Of a stretch of DNA of 58,010 nucleotides, positions 1 through 7,710 are shown piece after piece. A program made the translations under genes and the position numbers. Position 1 is the first letter of the stretch, and each line of letters opens with the position of its first letter. The stretch is from a bacterium (lineage in GTDB: Bacteria; Planctomycetota; Planctomycetia; Pirellulales; UBA1268): contig JAPOJV010000002.1 of NCBI GenBank assembly GCA_029978085.1, positions 1 to 58,010 on the forward strand, written 5' to 3'. The notes beneath the pieces are model-generated. The model was given only the letters and a program-made list of their open reading frames with translations, had not been told where the DNA came from and ran no database searches.

Positions 1-1
1 C

Positions 2-103
2 CGCGACGTGCCCAGCTGGGTCGAGGCCATCGGCATCGTGATCGCCGGCAACCTCGATGCCCGTAACCGATCTGGCCGCCAAGACGGCGGCCGCGGCCGG
101 TGA
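2..103 (+). CDS. 3' end of an unidentified CDS running in from the left window edge (partial)
   Basis: Frame is open from position 2, with G/C in 28 of 33 third codon positions. TGA at 101-103 falls in the first CCGGTGAC unit of the repeat array. No recognisable domain in 33 residues. Confidence 0.3.
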   Translation, partial: RDVPSWVEAIGIVIAGNLDARNRSGRQDGGRGR

Positions 104-283
104 CGAGAAGCCCGGTGACGAGAAGCCCGGTCACGGTAGCCCGGTCACGGTAGCCCGGTCACGCCGTGACCGGAAATCATGTCACGGCGTGACATGACCA
201 CGCCGGGCTGCCTGTCACGGCGTGACATGACCACGCCGGGCTGCCCGTCACGGCGTGACGGGCCTACGTGGAGACGGCCTACG
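97..283. repeat. Mosaic palindromic repeat array (MITE/BIME-like element, copy A)
   Basis: 2x15-bp CCGGTGACGAGAAGC (97-126). 2x14-bp CCGGTCACGGTAGC (127-154). 19-nt palindrome CCGGTCACGCCGTGACCGG (155-173). Three GTCACGGCGTGAC cores at 181, 214 and 247, spaced exactly 33 bp. Closing GGCCTACG twice (261-268, 276-283). Confidence 0.9.
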
Positions 284-286
284 CGA

Positions 287-1030
287 TCACTTCAGCGAGA
301 TCGTGCGGGCGAGCGGCCGTAGGATCTGTTCGATGACGCACGTCTCGACGACGTCTCGGGCGAGCACGGCGAGCCGATCGAGGGCCTCGACGTAGGTGGT
401 CTGCGGGTCGAGGCTGCCGTACTGCCGTGCCGTGACGTAGACGCTCAACTGCTCCTCGTTGAACTCGCCGGTGCGGACCTGAAACGCGTTCGTCCGCGCC
501 TCCGTGCTCACCCGCACCTGGATCCGACAGTCCTCGTCGATGCACATCGTGAGCGAGGGCTCGTAGTTGATCACCCGGCTGCCCGGCAGGTCGCCGAGCT
601 TCTCGAAGGCCTGCCCCACGCCGAGGGCCTCCGCCAGCAGGGCGTTGTGATTCCCGCGGTAGGCGAAGTCGAAGCCGAACAGCACGTCGAGCGCCTCGCA
701 GTCGAGCGGGCTCACCGACAGATAGGCCGGGGCCAGGTCGAGCACGAGTCGATGCTGGTCGAGGGCCGCCTCCAGCGAGGCCGGATTCACCTGCCCCGAG
801 CAGAGCCGCTTCGCCTCCACCGCCGCCCAGCGGTAGCGGCCCTGGTCTTTGTCTTCCTCGAGCACGTAGTCCCGCTTGTCCCGGCAGTAGAACTTCCGCA
901 TGGACGGATAGTGCTTCTGCACCCGCTCGAAGTATTGGAGGATCGTCTCCCGATGAGACGGGAGCTCCATTTCGGTCGCCAGGTTGACGTTGACGTAGAA
1001 GTCGTCGGCCAGCGACGCATAGGGAGACAT
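287..1030 (-). CDS. conserved hypothetical protein (247 aa)
   Basis: Uninterrupted ATG-started ORF with protein-like composition (MSPYASLADDFYVNVNL...). No motif I can name. Confidence 0.6.
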   Translation of the reverse strand: MSPYASLADDFYVNVNLATEMELPSHRETILQYFERVQKHYPSMRKFYCRDKRDYVLEEDKDQGRYRWAAVEAKRLCSGQVNPASLEAALDQHRLVLDLAPAYLSVSPLDCEALDVLFGFDFAYRGNHNALLAEALGVGQAFEKLGDLPGSRVINYEPSLTMCIDEDCRIQVRVSTEARTNAFQVRTGEFNEEQLSVYVTARQYGSLDPQTTYVEALDRLAVLARDVVETCVIEQILRPLARTISLK

Positions 1031-1171
1031 GGAGGAAACCCCCTCGGAACGTGGGAAAACCGAAAAGTATAGAGCGGCTTTTTGGCGGCTGTCAAAACGA
1101 CCGCAGCGCCGTGCCGCTGGCGTTCTGTACCGCCGAGGAGCATACTACGATCGATCCGTTCAGGCTCCACG

Positions 1172-1363
1172 ATGAACACTGACTCGCAATCCGACGCGAT
1201 CCCCGCCGACCGCTTCTCGATCGAGAAGCGTAAGGACGGCACGCTCGTCGTGCGGGTGCAGTCGGAGGGAGGCCGGCTGCCCGACGCAGTCTTCTCCTTC
1301 CGCTGCGGCGACCCGCAATACGCCTACTGGCTCGCCCGCCACGAGCAGCGCACCGCAGGCTGA
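1172..1363 (+). CDS. small hypothetical protein (63 aa)
   Basis: ATG at 1172 inside track ORF 1082..1363 (MNTDSQSDAIPADRFSIEKRKDG...). The upstream part of the ORF is Arg/Ser-rich and looks non-coding. Start uncertain. Confidence 0.4.
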   Translation: MNTDSQSDAIPADRFSIEKRKDGTLVVRVQSEGGRLPDAVFSFRCGDPQYAYWLARHEQRTAG

Positions 1364-1366
1364 CGC

Positions 1367-2752
1367 TCACGCGTCGTCCCGCGAGCTGGCGATCAGGGAA
1401 ATGAACTCGCGGTTGCTCTTGAACTTGGAGAGCTGCTTCGTCAGCTGCTCCATGGCATCGACATGATGCATGCTGGAGAGCGTCCGCCGCAGCATGTTGA
1501 CAGCATGCAGCGTGTTGGGATCGAGAAGCTTCTCCTCGCGCCGCGTGCCAGACTGCGAAATGTCGATCGCGGGCCACACCCGGCGGTCGGCAAGCTTCCG
1601 GTCGAGCACCAGCTCCATGTTGCCGGTGCCTTTGAACTCCTGGAAGATCAGTTCGTCCATGCGGCTGCCCGTGTCGATGAGGGCCGTCGCCACGATCGTG
1701 AGCGAGCCCCCCTCCTCGAACACGCGGGCCGTGGCGAACAGCTTCTTCGGGATGTCGAGCGCCTTGATGTCGACGCCGCCGCTCATCGTGCGGCCCGTAT
1801 TGCCCACCCACTTGTTGAAGGCCCGCGCCATCCGGGTGATCGAGTCCATGAGCAGAAACACGTCTTTGCCCGTCTCGGCCATCCGCTTGCACCGCTCCAC
1901 CACGAGCTGCGAGAGCCGCACGTGGCTCTCCACGTCGCAGTCGAGGCTGCTGGCGAGCACGTCGCCCTTCACCGAGCGCCGCATGTCGGTGACCTCCTCG
2001 GGCCGCTCGTCGATGAGCAGCATCACGAGGTTGAGCTCGGGATGATTGGTCGAGACGGCCTGAGACACCTGCTGCAGGAGCACCGTCTTGCCCGTCCGCG
2101 GCGGAGCCACGATGAGCGCCCGCTGCCCCTTGCCGAGCGGCGTGAGCAGGTCCATGACGCGGGTCGTGATCGGCTGCTGGCCGGTCTCGAGCCGCAGCCA
2201 CGTCTCGGGATTGATGGGGGTCAGTTGATCGAACGTCTTCACGTTCGCGTAGTCGTCGGGGGGCATCCCTTCGACCGACTCGATCTCGCGAACCCGAGGT
2301 CCCTGCTGCCGGCGGCCGGGCTGCACGAGTGCCTTGATGAGCACGCCCTCCCGCAGCCGGTAGCGGTCGATCATCGTCGCCGGCACAAAGGCATCGGTGC
2401 GTTCGCGGGTGTAGTTGGTGTCGGGGCTGCGCAGGAACCCGTAGCCGTTGGGGTGCATTTCCAGCACGCCGCTCGCCGGCTCCAGCGGAATCGGCTCGCC
2501 GTTCTCGGTGACCTCCGGCTCGAGTTCAGGCGGACGCATGCCCTCGCTATCCATGCCGACGGCACCGGCGCCTGCCTGGGGGGGACCACCACCGCCGCCG
2601 CCGCGGCGAAACCGTCCGCGCCGCCGACCGCCGTATCCGCCCCCCTGATAGCCCTGCCCTTGGCCTCCAGGCGGGAAACCGCCCTGGCCACCTTGGCCAC
2701 CCTGGCCGCCAAAACCGCCCTGACGGCCCCTCGATCGCCTCCGCTTCGACAT
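1367..2752 (-). CDS. rho: transcription termination factor Rho with an Arg/Gly/Gln-rich N-terminal extension
   Basis: 461 aa from ATG 2752 (MSKRRRSRGRQGG...). Walker A APPRTGKT. Rho-type motifs GYGFLR, LIDERPEEV and ALIDTGSRMDE. The 584-aa track ORF extends upstream without protein-like sequence. Confidence 0.93.
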   Translation of the reverse strand: MSKRRRSRGRQGGFGGQGGQGGQGGFPPGGQGQGYQGGGYGGRRRGRFRRGGGGGGPPQAGAGAVGMDSEGMRPPELEPEVTENGEPIPLEPASGVLEMHPNGYGFLRSPDTNYTRERTDAFVPATMIDRYRLREGVLIKALVQPGRRQQGPRVREIESVEGMPPDDYANVKTFDQLTPINPETWLRLETGQQPITTRVMDLLTPLGKGQRALIVAPPRTGKTVLLQQVSQAVSTNHPELNLVMLLIDERPEEVTDMRRSVKGDVLASSLDCDVESHVRLSQLVVERCKRMAETGKDVFLLMDSITRMARAFNKWVGNTGRTMSGGVDIKALDIPKKLFATARVFEEGGSLTIVATALIDTGSRMDELIFQEFKGTGNMELVLDRKLADRRVWPAIDISQSGTRREEKLLDPNTLHAVNMLRRTLSSMHHVDAMEQLTKQLSKFKSNREFISLIASSRDDA

Positions 2753-3215
2753 GGATACAGCACAACCTTGGAAAGAGAAACCAGATCCGTGTCCGCACGC
2801 TGCGGACAGGCTCGAACATTCGCCGCCGGAGCGGAGACCGGAAGACCGTGAACCCGCCTGCGGTGCCACCCGAGGGCACACCGCCAATGGGATCTGAGCA
2901 TCCGGACGCCGTTTGACGGACGGCATCACAAGGGCAGGATCACGCGGTCGAATCGTGATGACGCGGCCGTGAGTGGCCGCTCTCTGGAGGCTCCCAGCCA
3001 CCAGCCCCACGATCCTGTTCTTCCAGCCGCGACCCGCCTCAAAAATCAACTGAGACGAAAACGTGCGACGAAGCCATCCGCGAATTCGTGAGCGTTCGCG
3101 GAGCCGTCTTCCTGACGACAAAGGGGAGTATCGCGCCGCGCCACGGGAATGTCAAGTGTCGGAGGCCTGGGGGGCTGCGGGCCGACCGCCACCCTGGCAA
3201 GCGGGGTCGGCTGGG

Positions 3216-3254
3216 GGCCGGCCGGGGCCCCGGCGGCCTCACAGGCCGTTTTTT
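3216..3254 (+). terminator. orphan intrinsic terminator-like structure in the rho / 3353-CDS divergent spacer
   Basis: GC-rich palindrome GCCGGGGCCCCGGC (3221-3234), then hairpin GGCCTcacAGGCC (3235-3247), then G + T6 (3249-3254). About 100 nt upstream of the ATG at 3353. Confidence 0.45.
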
Positions 3255-3352
3255 CGACGATATTCCTGCCACCCCTCCGACCGATACAGAACGACGGAAG
3301 GGTCCGCACGGACGCGTGTTCGGGGGCCGTTCCTTCGCTTCGAGGCCCTGCG

Positions 3353-4939
3353 ATGCTCTGCTTTCAAGAGATTTCGGGTGGATGTCGGGCGGTCCGTGCG
3401 GCCGTTCGCCTGGCAGTCGTCGCCGGGGTCCTGTTCCCGTCAGCCGCCCAGGCCGCCGTCCAGTGGCATGCCGACCTGGCCACTGCCAAGGCAGCGGCCG
3501 CCGCCAACGGTCGCCCGGTGCTCGCCGTGTTTACCGCCGGCTGGACCGGAACGCCCGACGCCGGCAGCGCCGCCGTGCTCGGCAGCCCCGAGTCGGAAGC
3601 GTTGATCTCGGCCTGCTTCGAGCCGGTGCGAATCGACGTCGATGCCCAGCCTGCCTTGACGAAGGAGCTCGGAATTTCGCACGTGCCCAGCGCCTGCATC
3701 ATCGCGGCCGACGACACCGTGCTCTCGAAGTTCGAACTGCCCGGCACGACGCCCGAGTTCGTCGCCGCCGCCGCCAAGGCCGCGCAGGCCGCGGCCACGC
3801 ATCGCACATCCTTTAACGAGCAGTCCGATCTACGGATTCGCGTGAGCCCGGTGAGCGAGCCGGCGGGCGGCAACGCCTTCGCCACGCGGAGCCCGGCCGC
3901 GACTGCCAACGCACCCGGCGCCGCCCCGGTGGCCCCTGGGTCGATCTCCTTGGTGACCGCCAAGGTGCGGGAACTCTCCGACTTCGCCAATGACGAGCCG
4001 CCCGCGGTCGGCAGCGGCTTCCGGCCCGTCGAACCGCAGGCCGTGGCTGCCGCGCAGCCGGCAGCGCTGACCGCTCCGACCATGCCGCCGCAGCCCGAAA
4101 CCTCGCTCGCGCGGTCGCCGGCCGGATGGCCCACCGAAACCGCTGCCTCGCCACTCACGCAGCCCGCACTTCCGACGCCCGCACAGCCCGCGGTGCCGAA
4201 CCGGCCCGCGGTCGAGCCTGCCGCCTCCGCCCTGGCGCAGGCGGCCCCCACGTCGCCCTGGCTCGGCGCCCCCTCGACGACGCCCCCGGCCGTTGTGCCC
4301 ACCCCTGCGGCGCCGCTCACTCCGGATGCCACCGCACCCGCGGAGCCGCCCCAGAGTCTCTCGGCGCAGTTCCTCGCCGCGATGCAAAAGCCGTTCACGT
4401 TCTGGCAGAAGTCGCCTGAGATTCCGAAGCCGTCGGCAGCGGCCACGGTCACGCCGCCCACGATGCCCCCCGCCTGGCCGCTCGCCCCGGGCGCGACCCC
4501 GGCGACAACGGCCAGCGCTGCCGTGCCGGCGGCCGCACCGCAGGCGGCCGATCCCTACGGCTCGATGCCGGTGGGGCTCGAGGGCTACTGCCCGGTGACA
4601 CTCGCCGAGAAGGGACAGTGGACCGAAGGCCGCGCCCAGTGGGGGGCCCGGCATCGTGGCCGCACCTATCTCTTCGCCAGCGAAGAACAGCAGCGGGCGT
4701 TCCTGGCCGACCCCGACCGCTATGCCCCGGCCCTCTCGGGCGACGATCCGGTGCTGGCCTGCGACAAGGGCACGAGCACCCCCGGCCAGCGGCGGTACGG
4801 CGTGACCTACCAGTCGCGGATGTATCTCTTCTCGACGCCCGAAACCCGCAGCCAATTCGCCGCGAACCCCAACCGCTACGTGGGCCGCGTCGCCCTCGCC
4901 GAGGCCCCCGTCACCTCCGGCGGCACGATCCTGCGGTAG
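3353..4939 (+). CDS. exported thioredoxin-like protein with long Pro/Ala-rich linker and two C-terminal YHS-like repeats
   Basis: ATG 3353 gives a signal-peptide-like N-terminus (MLCFQEISGG...AAVVAGVLFPSAAQAAV). Thioredoxin-like block (WHADLATAKAAAAANGRPVLAVFTAGW). About 250 aa of P/A/T-rich sequence. Two repeats of the type GYCPV..G.W..G....RHRGRTYLF.S.E....F..NP.RY. Confidence 0.7.
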   Translation: MLCFQEISGGCRAVRAAVRLAVVAGVLFPSAAQAAVQWHADLATAKAAAAANGRPVLAVFTAGWTGTPDAGSAAVLGSPESEALISACFEPVRIDVDAQPALTKELGISHVPSACIIAADDTVLSKFELPGTTPEFVAAAAKAAQAAATHRTSFNEQSDLRIRVSPVSEPAGGNAFATRSPAATANAPGAAPVAPGSISLVTAKVRELSDFANDEPPAVGSGFRPVEPQAVAAAQPAALTAPTMPPQPETSLARSPAGWPTETAASPLTQPALPTPAQPAVPNRPAVEPAASALAQAAPTSPWLGAPSTTPPAVVPTPAAPLTPDATAPAEPPQSLSAQFLAAMQKPFTFWQKSPEIPKPSAAATVTPPTMPPAWPLAPGATPATTASAAVPAAAPQAADPYGSMPVGLEGYCPVTLAEKGQWTEGRAQWGARHRGRTYLFASEEQQRAFLADPDRYAPALSGDDPVLACDKGTSTPGQRRYGVTYQSRMYLFSTPETRSQFAANPNRYVGRVALAEAPVTSGGTILR

Positions 4940-6484
4940 TTATCTGCCCGCCCAGTGCAGGCTGCGACGGACAGCCTCGCTCCAAGTGGCCCGCAGTCGC
5001 TCGCGTGTCGCAGCCGGCATCCGCGGCTCGAACGTCCGCTCGACCCGTCGCGCCGCAGCCACGTCGTCGGCCGACGCGTAGAAGCCCACCGCCAGCCCGG
5101 CCAGGAGCGCCGCGCCAAGCGCCGTCGTCTCGACGACGGCCGGCCGCTCGACCGGAATGCCCAGCACGTCGGCCTGGATCTGCATCAAGAGGTCATTGCC
5201 ACTCGCCCCGCCATCGACGCGGAGCGCCGCAAGCGCGAGGCCGGCATCGCGTTGCATGCAGTCGACGACATCGGCCACCGAGAGCGCGATCGCCTCGAGC
5301 GCGGCCCGGGCCACATGCGCCCGCGTCGTGGCCCGCGAGAGGCCGATGATCAGGCCGCGGGCATGAGGATCCCAGTGGGGGGCGCCGAGCCCCGTGAGCG
5401 CGGGCACCACCACCACGCCGCCGCTGTCGGCCACGCTGGCCGCGAGCGGCTCGATGTCGCGGGCCTGGGCGATCAGGCCGAGGCCGTCCCGCAGCCAGCC
5501 CACGAGCGAGCCCGCCACGAAGACGGAGCCCTCGAGACAGTAGTGCCTCTGCCCACCGAGGCCGCAGGCCGGCGTCGTCAACAGCCCATGCTGGCTCGCC
5601 ACTGGCCGGTCGCCGGTGGAGAAGAGCAGGAAAGCACCAGTGCCGTACGTGTTCTTGGCCTGCCCCGCCATGACCACCCCCTGACCGAAGGCCGCCGCCT
5701 GCTGATCTCCGGCACAGCCGCCGATCGGGATCGCCGCGCCGAGCAGGCCTGGCTCGACCATGCCGAACGCTCCACTCGATGGCCGCACCTCGGGCAGCAT
5801 GCACCGCGGCACACCGAACAGGCTGCACAGTTCGTCGCTCCACGCCATGCGGTGGATGTCGAAGAGCAGCGTGCGGCTGGCGTTGGTGACGTCGGTGGCA
5901 TGCACGCGGCCGCCGGTCAGTCGCCAGATGAGAAACGAGTCGACCGTACCGAAGAGAATCTCGCCGGCCGCGCTCCGCTCCCGGAGCCCAGGCACCGTCT
6001 CCATGAGGTGCATGATCTTCGTGGCCGAGAAGTACGGATCGAGGAGTAGTCCCGTCGTCCGTCGCACCTCGTCTTCACGCCCCTCCGCCCGCAGCCGCCC
6101 GCAGATCGGCGCCGACACGCGGCTCTGCCAGACGATCGCCGGCGCGACCGGCCGGCCCGTGGACCGTTCCCAAAGAATCGTCGTTTCCCGCTGGTTGGTC
6201 ACGCCGACCGCCGCGACCTGCGTGGCCGACACACAGGCGGTGGCGAGCACCCGCCGGGCACACGACAGCTGCGACCGCCAGATGTCTTCGGGGTCGTGCT
6301 CGACGATCCCGGGGTCGCCCCCCGGCGCGTCACCCGCCGCTGCCCTTACATGCTGCGGAAACTCCTCCTGGGCCACCGCCAGCGGCGTGCCCTGCCGATC
6401 GAAGAGAATGGCGCGGCTCGACGTGGTGCCCTGGTCCAATGAAAGAATGCACCTGGCGTCGTCGCGGGCCGCCGAGCTGGTCAT
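4940..6484 (-). CDS. glpK: glycerol kinase
   Basis: 514 aa from ATG 6484 (GAGG upstream). FGGY kinase motifs LSLDQGTTSSRA, GVTNQRETT, GCAGDQQAA and RVDGGAS. The 751-aa track ORF is an upstream read-through. Confidence 0.93.
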   Translation of the reverse strand: MTSSAARDDARCILSLDQGTTSSRAILFDRQGTPLAVAQEEFPQHVRAAAGDAPGGDPGIVEHDPEDIWRSQLSCARRVLATACVSATQVAAVGVTNQRETTILWERSTGRPVAPAIVWQSRVSAPICGRLRAEGREDEVRRTTGLLLDPYFSATKIMHLMETVPGLRERSAAGEILFGTVDSFLIWRLTGGRVHATDVTNASRTLLFDIHRMAWSDELCSLFGVPRCMLPEVRPSSGAFGMVEPGLLGAAIPIGGCAGDQQAAAFGQGVVMAGQAKNTYGTGAFLLFSTGDRPVASQHGLLTTPACGLGGQRHYCLEGSVFVAGSLVGWLRDGLGLIAQARDIEPLAASVADSGGVVVVPALTGLGAPHWDPHARGLIIGLSRATTRAHVARAALEAIALSVADVVDCMQRDAGLALAALRVDGGASGNDLLMQIQADVLGIPVERPAVVETTALGAALLAGLAVGFYASADDVAAARRVERTFEPRMPAATRERLRATWSEAVRRSLHWAGR

Positions 6485-6526
6485 CAGAGGTTCCTCTCGC
6501 TGGACTGGCCGGTATATCCTCGGGCC

Positions 6527-7543
6527 ATGCCCGAGAGACGAGTTCGCAGCCGCGATCGTAGCCAAACCTCCTCCTGCCTGCGCCGCGCGGCCATGGTCGC
6601 GGCCGGACTGATGGCTGTGGCCGGACAGGCCGCGCAGCCGATGGCTCGGCCGACCGACGCGCTGCTCGCGGTCCCGCTGCATGCGACTTGGACCGATGTG
6701 CCGCTGAGCGACTGGGCCGCCCGCGTGACGGCGACGGGCACGGCGTCGCACGCAGCCATCGTGCTCGACGGCCGGATCGATCCGGACACGCGTGTGACCA
6801 TCACCTGCCGCGGTGACTCCGTGGCCGAGATCGCCGACCGCGTCGCCGCGGCGGCAGGCGGCGCCGTCGACGTGCTGGATACCACGCTCAGAATCGTGCC
6901 GCGCGACCGGGCCGGGATCGGGCCGCGGGCCGAGGTCGCCCGCCAATCCGCGATCGCCGCCTTGCCCGCTGCACGCCGCCGCATCCTCGAACGCCGCGAG
7001 CCGACCATGTGGCCAGCCGGCGGCACACCACGCGGGATCGTCGCCGCGAGCGCCGAGGCGGCAGCCGTCCGCGTGCACGACCTCGATGCCATTCCGCACG
7101 ACCACCTGCCCGCCGCCACGCTCCCTCCGTTGTCGCTCGCCGAGCGGCTCGACCTCGTCCTCGCCAGCTACGACCTGCGGGTGGAGTGGCGGCACGACGG
7201 CGGATACGTCGTGCCGCTCGACACGGGGCTGGACGGCATCGAGGCGCCGCAGCGCCCGCGACGCCCGGCCCCGCCGCCGGCCGCAGTGGCGGGCACGCAG
7301 CGGTTCACGCTACGGCTGGCGGCCCCGCTCGACGAGGCCGTGCCGGCGCTCGCCCGACAGCTGGGCCTCGAGGGCCGGATCGACCGCGAGTCACTCGCCG
7401 CCCGAGGCATCCAGCCGGGCGAGATCGTTCGCGTCGAGGTCCGCGATGCCACCCGCGACGAGCTCTTCGACGCGCTCGTTGCGCCCCTCGGCCTCCACTG
7501 GCGAATCGTCGGCAATCAACTCACGATCGACGCTCCACGGTAG
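6527..7543 (+). CDS. hypothetical exported protein (338 aa)
   Basis: Long ORF with a hydrophobic N-terminal segment (MVAAGLMAVAGQAAQP). An alternative start at 6593 is possible. The stop TAG 7541-7543 is the TAG of the GGTAGCC end of repeat copy B. Confidence 0.55.
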   Translation: MPERRVRSRDRSQTSSCLRRAAMVAAGLMAVAGQAAQPMARPTDALLAVPLHATWTDVPLSDWAARVTATGTASHAAIVLDGRIDPDTRVTITCRGDSVAEIADRVAAAAGGAVDVLDTTLRIVPRDRAGIGPRAEVARQSAIAALPAARRRILERREPTMWPAGGTPRGIVAASAEAAAVRVHDLDAIPHDHLPAATLPPLSLAERLDLVLASYDLRVEWRHDGGYVVPLDTGLDGIEAPQRPRRPAPPPAAVAGTQRFTLRLAAPLDEAVPALARQLGLEGRIDRESLAARGIQPGEIVRVEVRDATRDELFDALVAPLGLHWRIVGNQLTIDAPR

Positions 7544-7710
7544 CCCGGTCACGCCGTGACCGGAAAACCTGTCACAGCGTGACAGGACCACACCGGAAAA
7601 CCTGTCACGGCGTGACAGGACCACACCGGAAAACCTGTCACAGCGTGACAGGACCACGCCGGAAAACCTGTCACGGCGTGACAGGACCACCCGGAGTGAC
7701 CGGCCTACGC
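7539..7710. repeat. Mosaic palindromic repeat array (MITE/BIME-like element, copy B)
   Basis: GGTAGCC + palindrome CCGGTCACGCCGTGACCGG (7545-7563). Four 33-bp units starting at 7568, 7601, 7634 and 7667, each a 19-nt palindrome CCTGTCAC[A/G]GCGTGACAGG plus the spacer ACCAC[A/G]CCGGAAAA. Closing GGAGTGACCGGCCTACGC. Confidence 0.92.

Noticed and set aside
3119-3135. Possible yybP-ykoY (Mn) riboswitch because of CAAAGGGGAGTATCGCG
   Set aside because: Only the GGGGAGUA-like block resembles the motif. I cannot find the second conserved half (UUGACAUA ... AGCAAGACC type). The downstream gene is not a metal exporter. It needs an Infernal scan before any claim.
4940-7195. 751-aa version of the glpK ORF
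   Set aside because: Homology to glycerol kinase starts at MTSSAARDDARCILSLDQGTT (ATG 6484, GAGG upstream). The extra 237 N-terminal codons overlap the divergent 6527 gene and look non-coding.
7568-7700. CRISPR array or type III toxin-antitoxin (ToxI-like) RNA repeat interpretation of the 33-bp tandem units
   Set aside because: The 14-nt segments between palindromes are nearly identical to each other rather than unique spacers, and they are far too short. No cas gene and no downstream toxN-like gene exists. The units are part of a dispersed element family.
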